Shown: piece by piece, positions 18,187 to 28,600 of the stretch
How the letters are laid out: every line of letters starts with the position of its first letter
Numbering within the stretch: the stretch's first letter is position 1
Source of the DNA: Gimesia sp.
Lineage (GTDB): Bacteria > Planctomycetota > Planctomycetia > Planctomycetales > Planctomycetaceae
Assembly (NCBI RefSeq): GCF_048260065.1
Contig: NZ_JBLXHC010000014.1
Coordinates: 100,028 to 164,027 of the forward strand
Direction of reading: 5' to 3'
DNA length: 64,000 nucleotides
Notes under the pieces: model-generated
Database searches by the model: none
What the model was told of the DNA's origin: nothing
The model's input: the letters and a program-made list of their open reading frames with translations, nothing else
Program-made: the position numbers and the translations under genes

Positions 18187-20025
18187 TTAATAGTTGAGAC
18201 TGTCTTCCGTAAACGGGGTTCGGGGGCTCCTTTTGAGTACTGTTCTGAGAATGTCATTCATGGTATCCGGGTCATTATCGAAACCGCCGTGCGTGGTACT
18301 TTGGGATTTTGCAGGAGCATCTGTTTTGCCGTGGCTGTAGATAAACGACAAACGCTGATGTCGAATGTCCTCTGAAAATCTCTGCATTCCTAACAGCGGT
18401 GCTTCCAGCTCTTCTTCGAATGCATTCGAGACCAGGTACAGGAGAGATTTGCGATAGACAAGGGCAACGTTGTCTTCGAGCTCAAGTTTGTCTTCCAGGT
18501 TATAGATCTTCATTGTGTCGATCCCGAAGTTTTTGCTGTTCGCTTTCAGCAACGGAAGATAATGAGAATGGTATAAATCAACTGTGGCGGCTGGTGCAAG
18601 CAGGTTGACAGAACTGATGCGCGTTTTGGTTTTCGACTTTGCGAGCGCCTGGAGCAGGTGCGCGAGGAGTATTGCGCCCGTACTGTGACCAATCATATGG
18701 ATTTTTTTGGGGACGGCATCGGGAGCCGTTAAAGCATCCAGAAAGGTTTTCATCGTGAGACTGCCTGGTCTGGATTTCGTGCGAAACGAAGCTTCTGCAT
18801 CGGATTTCATTTCTCTCCAGAGAGCTCGGCCCGGGCGGCGGGTTGCCCGTTCCAGGAGCAGATCCGACCAGTCGGTAAAGCTGCCTACAATTTCTTCTGT
18901 ATCAATTTTTTTGCCAATGATGACGTCTTTGATTTCTTCAATCAGCCCCGTGTCATACATGAAATGATAGGGATAGATTCCATTTTTCTTGAAGGTCTCC
19001 TTCATGGCGGCAATGCGGGTTGCGGAGGCTTTGGTGTCGTTCAATCCGCCGTGGGCATAAAAGAGCAGGTGTTTGTAGTCCTTACTGTCGGCGATCAGCT
19101 TCGCAGTCTCTTTGATGTCCTGGAAATTGCTCCAGTACCTGCCTTCGTCGTGGAATTCGCCATCATCAACATGGACGAAGTGACCGGCAATTTCTTCCCT
19201 GCGGGGTTCCCTGGAGAAAAACGTCTGTCTGGCTGTGGCTCCCGATACCCCGGAATGTTCGCGATCCCCCAGTTGAGGCGTAGGCAGAGCCAACTGGAAG
19301 ACCCAGGCGTCTTTCACGTTGTCCTGCCAGTCTTCGTAACTCCAGTGAGCGATGCCGGAGCGGCCCCAGTCCTCTCCCCACGAATTGAGAACCCAGAAAC
19401 CGGTGGCATCGTAGCCGACGATTGCGAAGGCATGGCCTCCCAGCAGTTCTTTGCTTTGTTTGATGACTCCTTTTTTCGTGGCCTCTTTAGACCAGCCTGT
19501 ATGCACACTTGCTGAGACATAAATGGCTCCGACTTCATTCATCGCGGCGTGCATGTCCACAATGTTTTTTCGCACTCGGTAATAGGCACCGATTGTGTTC
19601 CGGCGCGCATCTTTAGCCCGTTCTACTGTCAGGTGCTTATCTTTACTGTTTACTTTATAAGGCCACAGGCTCTCTTCGCAGACCCCCATGCTGTACCAGC
19701 CTTTGATGGCGCCCCGGCAGCTTGATCCTGAATATTCCTCTCCCGGCCAGATATCAAATTTCTTTGCCATCTCATAGAGCATTCTGGGACTGACGCGAAC
19801 ATTGATATTTCGATCACTGTTGAGCTTGTTGATCACCGCTGCTAAACCGAATCCGGTGCAGGCCCCTTCCTGACCCTGGTTCAGTATGGTCAGATTTCCT
19901 GGTGGCGAAATGTGCGGCTTTAATTGCAGCAGGGAGGGTTCATACATGCGATCCCGGAAATCCGGAACGTCTTCCTGAACATTAAGCGTTTTTCCGTCCA
20001 GTTTATTCATTTTTGATTCAGCCAT
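18187..20025 (-). CDS. Cytoplasmic fusion protein: papain-like (C1) cysteine peptidase domain plus a C-terminal alpha/beta-hydrolase (DUF900/lipase-like) domain
   Basis: 612 aa with no signal peptide. C1 motifs: NQGQEGACTGFG (Cys56, nt 19858-19860), GGHAFAIVGYD, NSWGEDWG. The C-terminal half has LLFYAHGGLND and the nucleophile elbow IGHSTG (Ser codon at 18682-18684). Confidence 0.8.
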   Translation of the reverse strand: MAESKMNKLDGKTLNVQEDVPDFRDRMYEPSLLQLKPHISPPGNLTILNQGQEGACTGFGLAAVINKLNSDRNINVRVSPRMLYEMAKKFDIWPGEEYSGSSCRGAIKGWYSMGVCEESLWPYKVNSKDKHLTVERAKDARRNTIGAYYRVRKNIVDMHAAMNEVGAIYVSASVHTGWSKEATKKGVIKQSKELLGGHAFAIVGYDATGFWVLNSWGEDWGRSGIAHWSYEDWQDNVKDAWVFQLALPTPQLGDREHSGVSGATARQTFFSREPRREEIAGHFVHVDDGEFHDEGRYWSNFQDIKETAKLIADSKDYKHLLFYAHGGLNDTKASATRIAAMKETFKKNGIYPYHFMYDTGLIEEIKDVIIGKKIDTEEIVGSFTDWSDLLLERATRRPGRALWREMKSDAEASFRTKSRPGSLTMKTFLDALTAPDAVPKKIHMIGHSTGAILLAHLLQALAKSKTKTRISSVNLLAPAATVDLYHSHYLPLLKANSKNFGIDTMKIYNLEDKLELEDNVALVYRKSLLYLVSNAFEEELEAPLLGMQRFSEDIRHQRLSFIYSHGKTDAPAKSQSTTHGGFDNDPDTMNDILRTVLKRSPRTPFTEDSLNY

Positions 20026-20156
20026 GGGCCCATTCTCCTGAAATATAAATACTTTGACGATGAATTGTTTTCCGCTGCTTTAAGATTCAACGAACTCGGC
20101 AGACTCGTGTGGACGACTTGCTTCAAACACTCTTTTCTCTCTGTGGAGCTTGTCGA

Positions 20157-21431
20157 TTATGGCGCAGTGACTACGTTGGCATGGTCTGTTTTGGGTAAGG
20201 GGATGCGGTACCAGAGTGGCATATGGTCGCTGACGCTATGCTCGAAGCGCTTGACAAAATCAGCAGCCTGTTTTGGGGGTAACTTTCCAAACTGCTTACC
20301 CAGTAAAGCCTCGCTGAACAGATTGACGAAATCAAAGACGCCAAAGTCCGGGCCACACGGCTGCTTGCCCGCATCCTGATTTTTGAATTTCTTTAACCGC
20401 GGATCGCGCGAAAAGATGCCAATCTGATCGAAGGTTTCACTTAACCTGGCATTGGTCGTCAGGATGCCGTTTTCCACCTGCAACTGCTGGTCAGGACATT
20501 GGGGATGTTCATTCAGGAAGGGGAAATAAACGTTGACTTCTTTCCCCCCTGTTTTATTCAATTTTTCAATCAGTCTCAGAATCCGGGGCCGATCGTTGTC
20601 GGGCTGATCGAAGTCCAGATTCAGGTCTCCCAGCAGAACAATATTGAACGACTGGTCTGCTTCTTTTTCCGAAACGCGTCCCATGATCCAGGACATCAGC
20701 GCATCAAATTCCTGGCGACGATCATCGATATAATTCCCATAGTATAAATGCGCATTGATAGCCATGAATGTGTAACGTTCGGCGCCCGGATGACCATGAA
20801 TTTCGAACATCACGGCGAAGGGGGTGCGGATGAAAGATAAAAAGACGGGCATCTTAAGGGGCAGCGTTGGCTTCTGCGGTTCACGTCCGCCGTTTGCCTG
20901 AAAATCAGCCAGTGCCTTATTATATTTATCCAGCTTTTTTAAGTACTTTTTGTCCTCAATCGCTTTGTTGACAGCTTCGCCGATCGACTCCGCATTTTCT
21001 CCCAGAATCTGCAGGACTTTGGAGCGGTCGTAAGTAACATCGGTGACCATCTCTTTACGGTTTACCACGGTCCAGTTGAAAATAAAGGCGAGCCGTTCGG
21101 ATAAGCCCCCCTCATTGGGAAACGAGCCAGTGGTATCGGAAGCGACCAGCCCAAAATCATCACCCATCAAATTTTTGAGATGCTTTAGCCCTCCCATATC
21201 TTCGAGCACTTCCTGAACCGCCAGCAGGTCGAAGTGTCGGAACACGTCGGCAAAAAACTGCCAGGTATCGGGATCTCGTTTATCTTTCGCCCCCAGTTTT
21301 CGGATATTCGCAGAACCAACCACGGCTGATCCATAGACGCGCGCTGGCAGACCATAGCGCTGCGGATTTGAATTCAATTTATCGCGGATCAATTTCCATT
21401 CATCTTTATTGAACTTTGCCATGCTGAACAT
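20157..21431 (-). CDS. Endonuclease/exonuclease/phosphatase (EEP, DNase I-like) family protein, cytoplasmic
   Basis: 424 aa. EEP motifs are intact: LLAVQEV, AINAHL, VLLGDLNLD, SDHMPLW. There is no signal peptide. The AGGAG sits only 1 nt before the ATG at 21431, so the ATG at 21422 (MAKFNK) is the more likely start. Confidence 0.8.
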   Translation of the reverse strand: MFSMAKFNKDEWKLIRDKLNSNPQRYGLPARVYGSAVVGSANIRKLGAKDKRDPDTWQFFADVFRHFDLLAVQEVLEDMGGLKHLKNLMGDDFGLVASDTTGSFPNEGGLSERLAFIFNWTVVNRKEMVTDVTYDRSKVLQILGENAESIGEAVNKAIEDKKYLKKLDKYNKALADFQANGGREPQKPTLPLKMPVFLSFIRTPFAVMFEIHGHPGAERYTFMAINAHLYYGNYIDDRRQEFDALMSWIMGRVSEKEADQSFNIVLLGDLNLDFDQPDNDRPRILRLIEKLNKTGGKEVNVYFPFLNEHPQCPDQQLQVENGILTTNARLSETFDQIGIFSRDPRLKKFKNQDAGKQPCGPDFGVFDFVNLFSEALLGKQFGKLPPKQAADFVKRFEHSVSDHMPLWYRIPLPKTDHANVVTAP

Positions 21432-21994
21432 TCTCCTGGATTTAGTGGTTCTCCCCTTGGGGAAGGCGGACTCGTGTTCTGGCAGAAGGTGTTTCAGAGT
21501 GTGCTGAGTTTTATTTTGAGACTGCAGGAACCGAGCTGGTTTAAGTAACAGGTGTCAGTCTTGTTGTGTATACTCATGTTACGTGTATTAAACAGCACAT
21601 GGGTTTTCCTGTCCACAAGTTTGTTGTGAAATTATATTTTGCTGTCGCCTTGTAGTTTCAGACTGCCATTGGAGATCCATTGAGAGCGATCCGGGAGATT
21701 GAATCGTTCGTTTCTTCTGGCAGATGTCAGGGCAGGGCAATCCGTAATTTTCGATTGAACTGTCCGGTGGGCAGTCCATAAACAAGTTGCCTCTGACAAT
21801 CGAACTGGTAATGTGAGAGACCTGAGACTGCGATCACCCGTGCTGGCTTATGTGGGTGACTCTCTGTTAGAATGGATAGCATTCTGAACTTGTCTCTGAT
21901 CGCTCCCAGATACATGTCCGCTGGTAACAGCTGATGTCAGTCGATTTCACTGCAGATCAGTTATTATGAATGTCAGTCAGTAAGGAGTTTTTTG

Positions 21995-23245
21995 ATGTCA
22001 GAAACGCGTACGAACCGGCGGGAGTTACTGCAGAAGGGGGCGCTGCTGGCGGCCGGTTGTCTGGCGGGAGGGCCTGCTGTTTTGCAGGCGGCTGACTCGG
22101 AACACCAGGCAGACCCTGCAAAAATAAAGATAACCGGCGTCAAAACGTATCTCCTGCAACATAAACTGAAGCGTCGGTTCGGGGTGTCGGTTTCAGTTCC
22201 TCTTGATCAGTTCCGGAAGACGTTGTTAGTCAAAATTGAGACCGACGCCGGATTGACCGGCTGGGGGGAGACGGCTCCGGTCGGTGGAGCCCGGGGAACG
22301 ATTGACGATCAAATCGGACCGCGGCTGATCGGTCAGAATCCGCTGGAACAACGCAAACTGTGGCGAATGATGTGGGGACCGAATTTCGGTAATGCACTGG
22401 CAGTGGCTGCGCTGGATATGGCGATCAACGATATCCGCGGACAGGCATTGAATCTGTCGGTGGCTGAATTATTTGGCGGCCGACTTCGCGATCGCGTTCC
22501 CGCGTATGCCTCGGCGATGAATTACGTGGAAAATGAACAGCCCGAGGAACAGTATCCCCGCGAAGCAGAACAACTGGTAAAGCAGGGGTTCAAGGCACTG
22601 AAGATGCGCATCGGTCGTTATCCGGTAGTACGCGAAGCAGCGGTGGCTGCTGCGGTTCGTGAAGCAGTCGGGCTTGATATCAAATTAATGGCGGACGGGA
22701 ACGCCGCTTATACGCTTTCGTCAGCACTGCAGATGGGAGAGGTACTGCACGATCTCAATTTTGAATATTTTGAAGAGCCATTGCCGCAATCTCCCCACTA
22801 TGCCGGTTACGAAGAGTTAAGACGCAAGCTCCCTCTGCCTCTGGCCGCCGGTGAAGGCGTCGACTCGCGGGGCAGTGCTAAAGAACTGATTGACCGGCAG
22901 TGCATGCACATCATCCAGCCGGATGTCAGTCTGTGTGGCGGCATCGGCGAAACCCTGTTTATCACTGAAATGGCGGCGCTGTCAGGCATCCGTTGTATCC
23001 CACATTGCTGGGGAGGAGCCATTCTCATCGCGGCCACCGTGCAGACACTGTCTCTGATGCCTGATCCTCACTGGGGCTTTCCCACCGACACCCCCATGCT
23101 GGAACTGGATCAGTCGGAGAATCCCTGGCGGACTGAGATCGTCAAAGAACCATTCCAGCTAAAGGATGGTTTTGTAGACGTCCCCACCCGTCCCGGGCTC
23201 GGTATTGAGGTGGATGAAGCGATCGTCAAGCGGTATGCGATTTAA
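21995..23245 (+). CDS. Enolase-superfamily enzyme (mandelate racemase/muconate lactonizing family) with a Tat-type signal peptide
   Basis: AAGGAG lies 7 nt upstream of the ATG at 21995. Tat motif: NRRELLQKGALLAAGCLAG...AADS. Family motifs: KALKMRIG, MADGNAAY, FEEP, IIQPD. Confidence 0.8.
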   Translation: MSETRTNRRELLQKGALLAAGCLAGGPAVLQAADSEHQADPAKIKITGVKTYLLQHKLKRRFGVSVSVPLDQFRKTLLVKIETDAGLTGWGETAPVGGARGTIDDQIGPRLIGQNPLEQRKLWRMMWGPNFGNALAVAALDMAINDIRGQALNLSVAELFGGRLRDRVPAYASAMNYVENEQPEEQYPREAEQLVKQGFKALKMRIGRYPVVREAAVAAAVREAVGLDIKLMADGNAAYTLSSALQMGEVLHDLNFEYFEEPLPQSPHYAGYEELRRKLPLPLAAGEGVDSRGSAKELIDRQCMHIIQPDVSLCGGIGETLFITEMAALSGIRCIPHCWGGAILIAATVQTLSLMPDPHWGFPTDTPMLELDQSENPWRTEIVKEPFQLKDGFVDVPTRPGLGIEVDEAIVKRYAI

Positions 23246-23310
23246 GTATGAAATAGAAGGATGCCAGGTAATTACTATTTAGAAACCTGAATCCTTTTAT
23301 TATTCAATGC

Positions 23311-23781
23311 ATGAATGAGAAGTTAGAAATGCCGACTACGAACGGTATAGAATGTGAAATCAGACTCAACCAGATTCGCCAGGGTGTAATCACAGGCGAG
23401 GATGGATTGGAATGGTTTGCTGGTCTCGAAGGTACAGAACAAAAGTCTGTACTCTGTACATTGAATTATATGAGTATGCAAGCGGGACCAATGACGGCTG
23501 ACGTTCCATTAGCCATTTTAGATGCAGGACTGAAACCGACATTTACACCATGTGTCATGTTAAAGTCAGGGAAACTACGAACCGCAAGTTCGAAGGCACT
23601 TCATCTTCCATCAACAGAGTATCAGAAACTTTTTCGCTTATTAATTGCGCTGTTCAAAATCGCTGATCAGCGCCGTGCTGAATTATGTGTTCCAGATTGT
23701 CGGCACTGGTGGCATCAGGACTTGGCCAGCGAAGCCGTATTACTGACAATCAGAGAGAACTACCATAATGGAAATTTGTAG
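23311..23781 (+). CDS. DUF5958-like hypothetical protein
   Basis: 156 aa. The pattern LEWF..L...EQ..VL ... KPTFTP ... LFRLLIALFKIADQRRAE.C...C.HWWHQDL matches my recollection of the DUF5958 family. Confidence 0.55.
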   Translation: MNEKLEMPTTNGIECEIRLNQIRQGVITGEDGLEWFAGLEGTEQKSVLCTLNYMSMQAGPMTADVPLAILDAGLKPTFTPCVMLKSGKLRTASSKALHLPSTEYQKLFRLLIALFKIADQRRAELCVPDCRHWWHQDLASEAVLLTIRENYHNGNL

Positions 23782-23857
23782 AATTTCAGTCAGGAGCAGC
23801 ATACGATAAAAACTTCAAATCTATCAAAGTCAGTAGCAGACAACTTTGGAATAGAAC

Positions 23858-23902
23858 AAAAGCTGTCAGGCCCATTTATAAATAGACCTGACAGCTGTTT
23901 TT
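23858..23902. terminator. Bidirectional intrinsic terminator between convergent genes
   Basis: A perfect 10-bp stem (agctgtcagg 23861-23870 / cctgacagct 23887-23896), flanked by aaa on the left and gttttt on the right. Confidence 0.75.
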
Positions 23903-23924
23903 AAAATCGCGGATTGTGAAAGTT

Positions 23925-24863
23925 TTAATCTTCCAGTTTGAGAAACGCCACGGCGTTGTTGTTGTTCATGGGGATGATTAACTGCTTGTGTTTTGAATCG
24001 TAGCCCATGGATGCGGCACTGGGGATTCCCGAGGCGATGACTTGAGCGGGTTTCCCGGGGCTGATTTTGGAGACACTTCCGAAGCGCACACTGCTGACAT
24101 ACTTCGTTCCATCGGGGAGAATTACCAGTCCGTCGTTGCCCCCTTCGGCGGCATGTTCGGTGCGGATCAGTTTTCCGTTGGCAGGATCGAATGTCATCAC
24201 ATCGTTGTTACCGACATTGACGACGACAACGTTTCCGTCCTGGTCAATTGCTACGCCATTGGGAATGTTGAGGGGGGCACCATCTACAAAGAGCGAAACT
24301 TTACCGTCGGCGGTGATTTTATAGACGCGGAACTCAGGACGCGAATTGGAAACAAAGATCGTCCCTTCCTTATTGACGGCGATCCCGTTCAGGAATGTGG
24401 AACCTTCGACAGGATAGGCTTTCCCCGGTTTGCCTGTCGCGAGATCGAACGTGCGGACGACGTCGATGTCAGCGGTATACAGGGTGCCGTTCTGAATGGC
24501 ACTGCCCAGTGGATGGTTGAGCGTTAAGCCATCTCGCGTCGCGCCGATCCATTTCGTGGTGTGAACCGATCCATCCGGGTTCAAGAGTGAGACGTAGCCG
24601 TCATTTTCTTCCTGGGTTTGTGGAACCCCGGCATTCATGACAACAATCAGATCGCGAGTCGGGTCGTAAACACAGCTCTCAGCAAAACGAAAACTGCCAT
24701 ACACCTTCACATTGTCTGAGAGGGGAACGAACTTGCCGGCTTCGTTGACGGCTCCCAGCGGTTGTCCCGCCTGGAACGGTTTTGAAGACGATTTCTTCTG
24801 AGCCAGAGCGATATTGCTCATCAGGCACATCGCGCCAAGGGTCAATACAAAGAACGCTTTCAT
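23925..24863 (-). CDS. Secreted beta-propeller protein (SMP-30/gluconolactonase/LRE- or NHL-repeat-like)
   Basis: 312 aa. Signal peptide MKAFFVLTLGAMCLMSNIALAQ. Repeated hydrophobic-Gly-Asp blade motifs (NGIAVNKEGTIFVS, NGVAIDQDGNVVVVN). Confidence 0.55.
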   Translation of the reverse strand: MKAFFVLTLGAMCLMSNIALAQKKSSSKPFQAGQPLGAVNEAGKFVPLSDNVKVYGSFRFAESCVYDPTRDLIVVMNAGVPQTQEENDGYVSLLNPDGSVHTTKWIGATRDGLTLNHPLGSAIQNGTLYTADIDVVRTFDLATGKPGKAYPVEGSTFLNGIAVNKEGTIFVSNSRPEFRVYKITADGKVSLFVDGAPLNIPNGVAIDQDGNVVVVNVGNNDVMTFDPANGKLIRTEHAAEGGNDGLVILPDGTKYVSSVRFGSVSKISPGKPAQVIASGIPSAASMGYDSKHKQLIIPMNNNNAVAFLKLED

Positions 24864-25052
24864 CAGTAGTCACTCCTGTTGTTAATGGACTGGGAATCAC
24901 AGAGATTCTGTTGATCACCAAGGTACCCGAATTCCATTTTCCAGGGAAGGATCAGGGTATGAGATACAGAACCCTGTCTTTGAAACCCAGATTGTCAGTT
25001 CTGGGATCCGTCTTGAAAGTACTGATTAATTGCGTTTGATGAGGATTCTGCT

Positions 25053-25445
25053 TCAGGACGAAGAGTTAACAGCCTGAAGTGCTGCTTCACGTGAGTCGAA
25101 CAGAGGCCAATAGGATCCTATTTTGACGCACTTGAGCAGGTCCTGCATGTTTTCACAGGCATTGCAGAAGACGGCTTGCCCGCCAGTCTGTTTCGCCTGC
25201 TGCAGGAGGCGAATGATGGAACTGATGATGATGGAATCCAGATGATCAACCCGGTGAAGATCAATAATTACATTCTTTAATTCCGGCTTGCTGAAGAGTT
25301 TAATGACCTTGTTCGATTCGATCTGAACGTTGCTGTAGAGAAAATGCAGCGTCGATCCCTGAGGGATGACAATCAGGTTAGGAGCAGAAAGCTCCACTTT
25401 GAAAATTTCCAGTTGATCTACCATGAATGGATCCAGATTGAACAT
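25053..25445 (-). CDS. STAS-domain protein (anti-sigma-factor antagonist-like)
   Basis: 130 aa. IIDLHRVDHLDSIIISSIIRLLQQAKQTGGQAVF matches the SpoIIAA/RsbV-type STAS core, including the D-S dipeptide at the phospho-serine position. Confidence 0.7.
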   Translation of the reverse strand: MFNLDPFMVDQLEIFKVELSAPNLIVIPQGSTLHFLYSNVQIESNKVIKLFSKPELKNVIIDLHRVDHLDSIIISSIIRLLQQAKQTGGQAVFCNACENMQDLLKCVKIGSYWPLFDSREAALQAVNSSS

Positions 25446-25625
25446 CGTCTTGAGAAGACTTGAAAAATCGACGCTAGTCTGATTTTTAAAGTGATGCCTT
25501 CAGAAAATCGAATTTGATTCTGTTAGTTGTACTGTAATGAAATATATAAGGAAATCACGGTTCAGAAGAACATTTCAGGAAAAATGTTACTGTTTTGATT
25601 AGTGAGGTAGTGAGTTATGGTTGAG

Positions 25626-28600
25626 TCATTTTGCACCATGTAGAGTTCCATGGGCCTTACTGCCAGATGAGTCTTGAACGGTATTTCCTGACATTTCATC
25701 AAAGCGGTAAAGCAGGAGCGTATTTTCATCTACTGCAAAATTGGAGTGTGGTGTGAATGATTTCTTGTAGCGCCCCACATTGGAGATTTTAAAGGCATGA
25801 ATTTTACCTTCAAAACAATGCGATTGGGCATTTTCTGTGGTAGAAGTACCTCCGATGAGTAGTTTTTCATTCAGGCTTGAGCTGATGATCTCTGCCAGTT
25901 GCTCCTGCTGAATGGCCCGCATGGGAAGAGTACGACAGGGGAGTCCATTTAAAAACATCTTCCAGATGGTTCCGTTCCACTGACAGGCGATGTGTACCGG
26001 ATGATTCAGGGCAACATCCTTGCTGGAAACTGTGGAGACCGGGATTTCCTGAGACTGTGGGTCCAGTAGCGACCAGGTCCAGTATTCGCCATGATTGACA
26101 TGGTATTTCAGACTGAGACTACCCAGTTGAAATACCAGTTGATGTGCCAGTTTTCTGTCCGTTTCGGGAGTGACCCAGGCTTCGATTGTGAATTGTTCTG
26201 CAGTGGGATCCGGAAAACGGGATTCGACCCAGTCGTCGCCGTCAAACTGGAGGCCTCGTTTGAGAAGTTCCTTGTCTGGTTGCAGTGAAATCGACCATTC
26301 GGCTCCCGTAATTCTGGCATGATTGAACATACCGCTCAGATCGTGCAAAACTTTGCCTTTCCCTTCTTCAAAACGATATAACGCTACAGTGGAAGCGTGT
26401 CTGGTGAGCAGGGGGGGAGGCTGGAATTCATCCTGATAGACCGTCTGCTCGCTGATTCTCAACTGTGAAATGTTTCCCTGGAATCCCCGGTGCTGCGAAT
26501 TTTCTAAAGTCGAACCGGAACCGATTCGAAACATTGATCTTAAAAACCTTGCCATACGATCTGCCCGATTCTTCGTTACTTTTTCGGGTATGCTGCCATC
26601 GACGAAAGCATTGAGACTGGTTCCATCAAACACGCCGGCAATGTGATGTTTCCCGGGAGAAATCTCGGCAGAGAAGGCATGCCAGATCCACTCACCTTCG
26701 TGATAATACATGTGGATGCGGTGATTGCGAAGTACACAATAAAATACTCGCAGGTGGGAATGCATATCAAAAATAACCGACGAGGCAAAGTGGTCGTTGA
26801 TAGTTACTTCCGGAATATCGACCCAGCATTCAATAGACAGGGGGGCCGATGCTTTTCGATAGTCGTAGTCGACTTCCGCAAAGTCATCCACGCCATTGAA
26901 GTGCAGGGAAAACTGGTCACTTTTTTCGATATCATCTGACAGGGGATTGATCGCAGCAGATACGCGAAAGCCGGTGAGAGCATCTCGTGAATCTGATTTA
27001 AGGCCTTCGCGCGATGCAGACCGACAGTTCAACGCTTTCTGTATTGCTGAACCGCCTCGTACAACGCGATGACTGCCTGAACTGGGACCTGACGGATTAT
27101 TGACCGAGCTGGAAAAACTGTTTCTGTCAGCGAAATAGTCCTGACACCATTCGGCAACATTGCCATGCATGTCAAAGAGCCCCAGGGCATTGGGTTGTAG
27201 CTTTCCACAGGGGTGAGTGGTTGTCGATTGTAACCAGGCATACTTTGGTAATTCTGATTCATCGGATGTGAACCAGTCTGAGGACGTCCCCGCACGGCAG
27301 GCGAATTCCCATTGTGCTTCTCTGGGAAGCTTGAATACAAATTGGGACTGGTTCCGGGTTAACCAGCCACAGAAATTATTGGCATCAAACCAGCTCAGGT
27401 TCGCTACGGGATGATCTTCACTGATGGCGCCATTCAGATCACTGGCCCAGGTGAACCTGGGGTTTGTCTCTGAGGACTCAAAGTCAGTCCCACCTGAACC
27501 GTCAAGCTCTGCGTCTGTCCTGTACTTAGTCTGATTGACAAACTGGCGGAACTGCTTTCGTGAAACCTCGGTTCTGCTCAAATAGAACGGGTGTGTGATC
27601 CTGACCAGCTTTTGAGGCAGGTCAGCAGAAATTTTGCGAGGTAAGGAATCGTCCTCTTTGATAGAACTATCAGGTGCCTGTAGAGACTCTTCGAGTGTTC
27701 CCATCATAAATTCGCCCGGGGGAATCAGTACCAGATCGATACTTATGTTTTGTCCCAGAGGAACTGAGGTTTGTACGGGGAGTTTTAAATGCTCGGCCCA
27801 TGCCTGTTGTAACTGGCTGATACGATCTGGACTGTCATTCACGGAAATGTGGTCAGGAGTGTCGGCCGGCCATTGATAGATTTCCGTTTTCTCAGGGACG
27901 TTCTGGGGATCATATTTTTCCCAGGTCGCTCCGACGATTTTTCCATCATGACCATTACCACTTTTGTCTTTCACAATTTTGCCGGAGTCTGCATTCAGGT
28001 GGTACAGCAGGAGGGTGGAATCAGAAGAGGACAGCAGCTTTTCCGGTGAAAAGTCTTCCTGGTAGATGACTCCTCTTGAGAAGCGACACTGGTGGAGTAA
28101 ACCGGCAAAACAGTCTTTTTTTTCTGCAACAGGGCGTCCGATGAGGGCCGGGTCCGGATTGGCACCAAGGTGAATGGGAATGGGTGAGTGCCGATGTAAA
28201 CGCCTTACGGGGAAACTCAGCCCCTGCTTTTTTCCGTTCACATACATGCCAACACTGATTCCATCGTAGACAGCAGCAAGGTGCACCAGTTTACCGCAAC
28301 CGATCTGCTTTGAACGAGTGTGAGCAGCGTAGCTGGTTCCTTCGTGAAACAGAAATTCAGGCCGGTTTCCGTCTTTCAGTCTGACGATAATACCCGCAGT
28401 CTCCGCATTCGAGATGATCTCCATCGTCCTGGGACGTTCCTGGCAGTCGGGAGTAATCCAGGCTTCGAACGTAATGGGAGCCCCGCTTCCGTATACAAAC
28501 GATGTTTCCACAAAGTCATCAATGCCGTCAAACCTTAATGCATATTGATCCTGGTTCACCACCGTCGATTCAGGAACTGGTACAACAGGAGCAGCAGGAT

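Noticed and set aside
21432-21991. 560-bp gene-free region upstream of the EEP gene and the enolase-family gene, considered as a possible ncRNA or degraded gene.
   Set aside because: The only ORFs are 62-65 aa with no motif. I saw no cloverleaf, strong hairpin or repeat. It is most simply a divergent promoter region. An Rfam/Infernal scan would be the decisive check.
26955-27746. FGE-sulfatase/C-type-lectin fold as a possible diversity-generating retroelement target.
   Set aside because: No reverse transcriptase, template repeat or accessory gene is visible anywhere in the window. I noticed no adenine-specific near-repeat of this segment.
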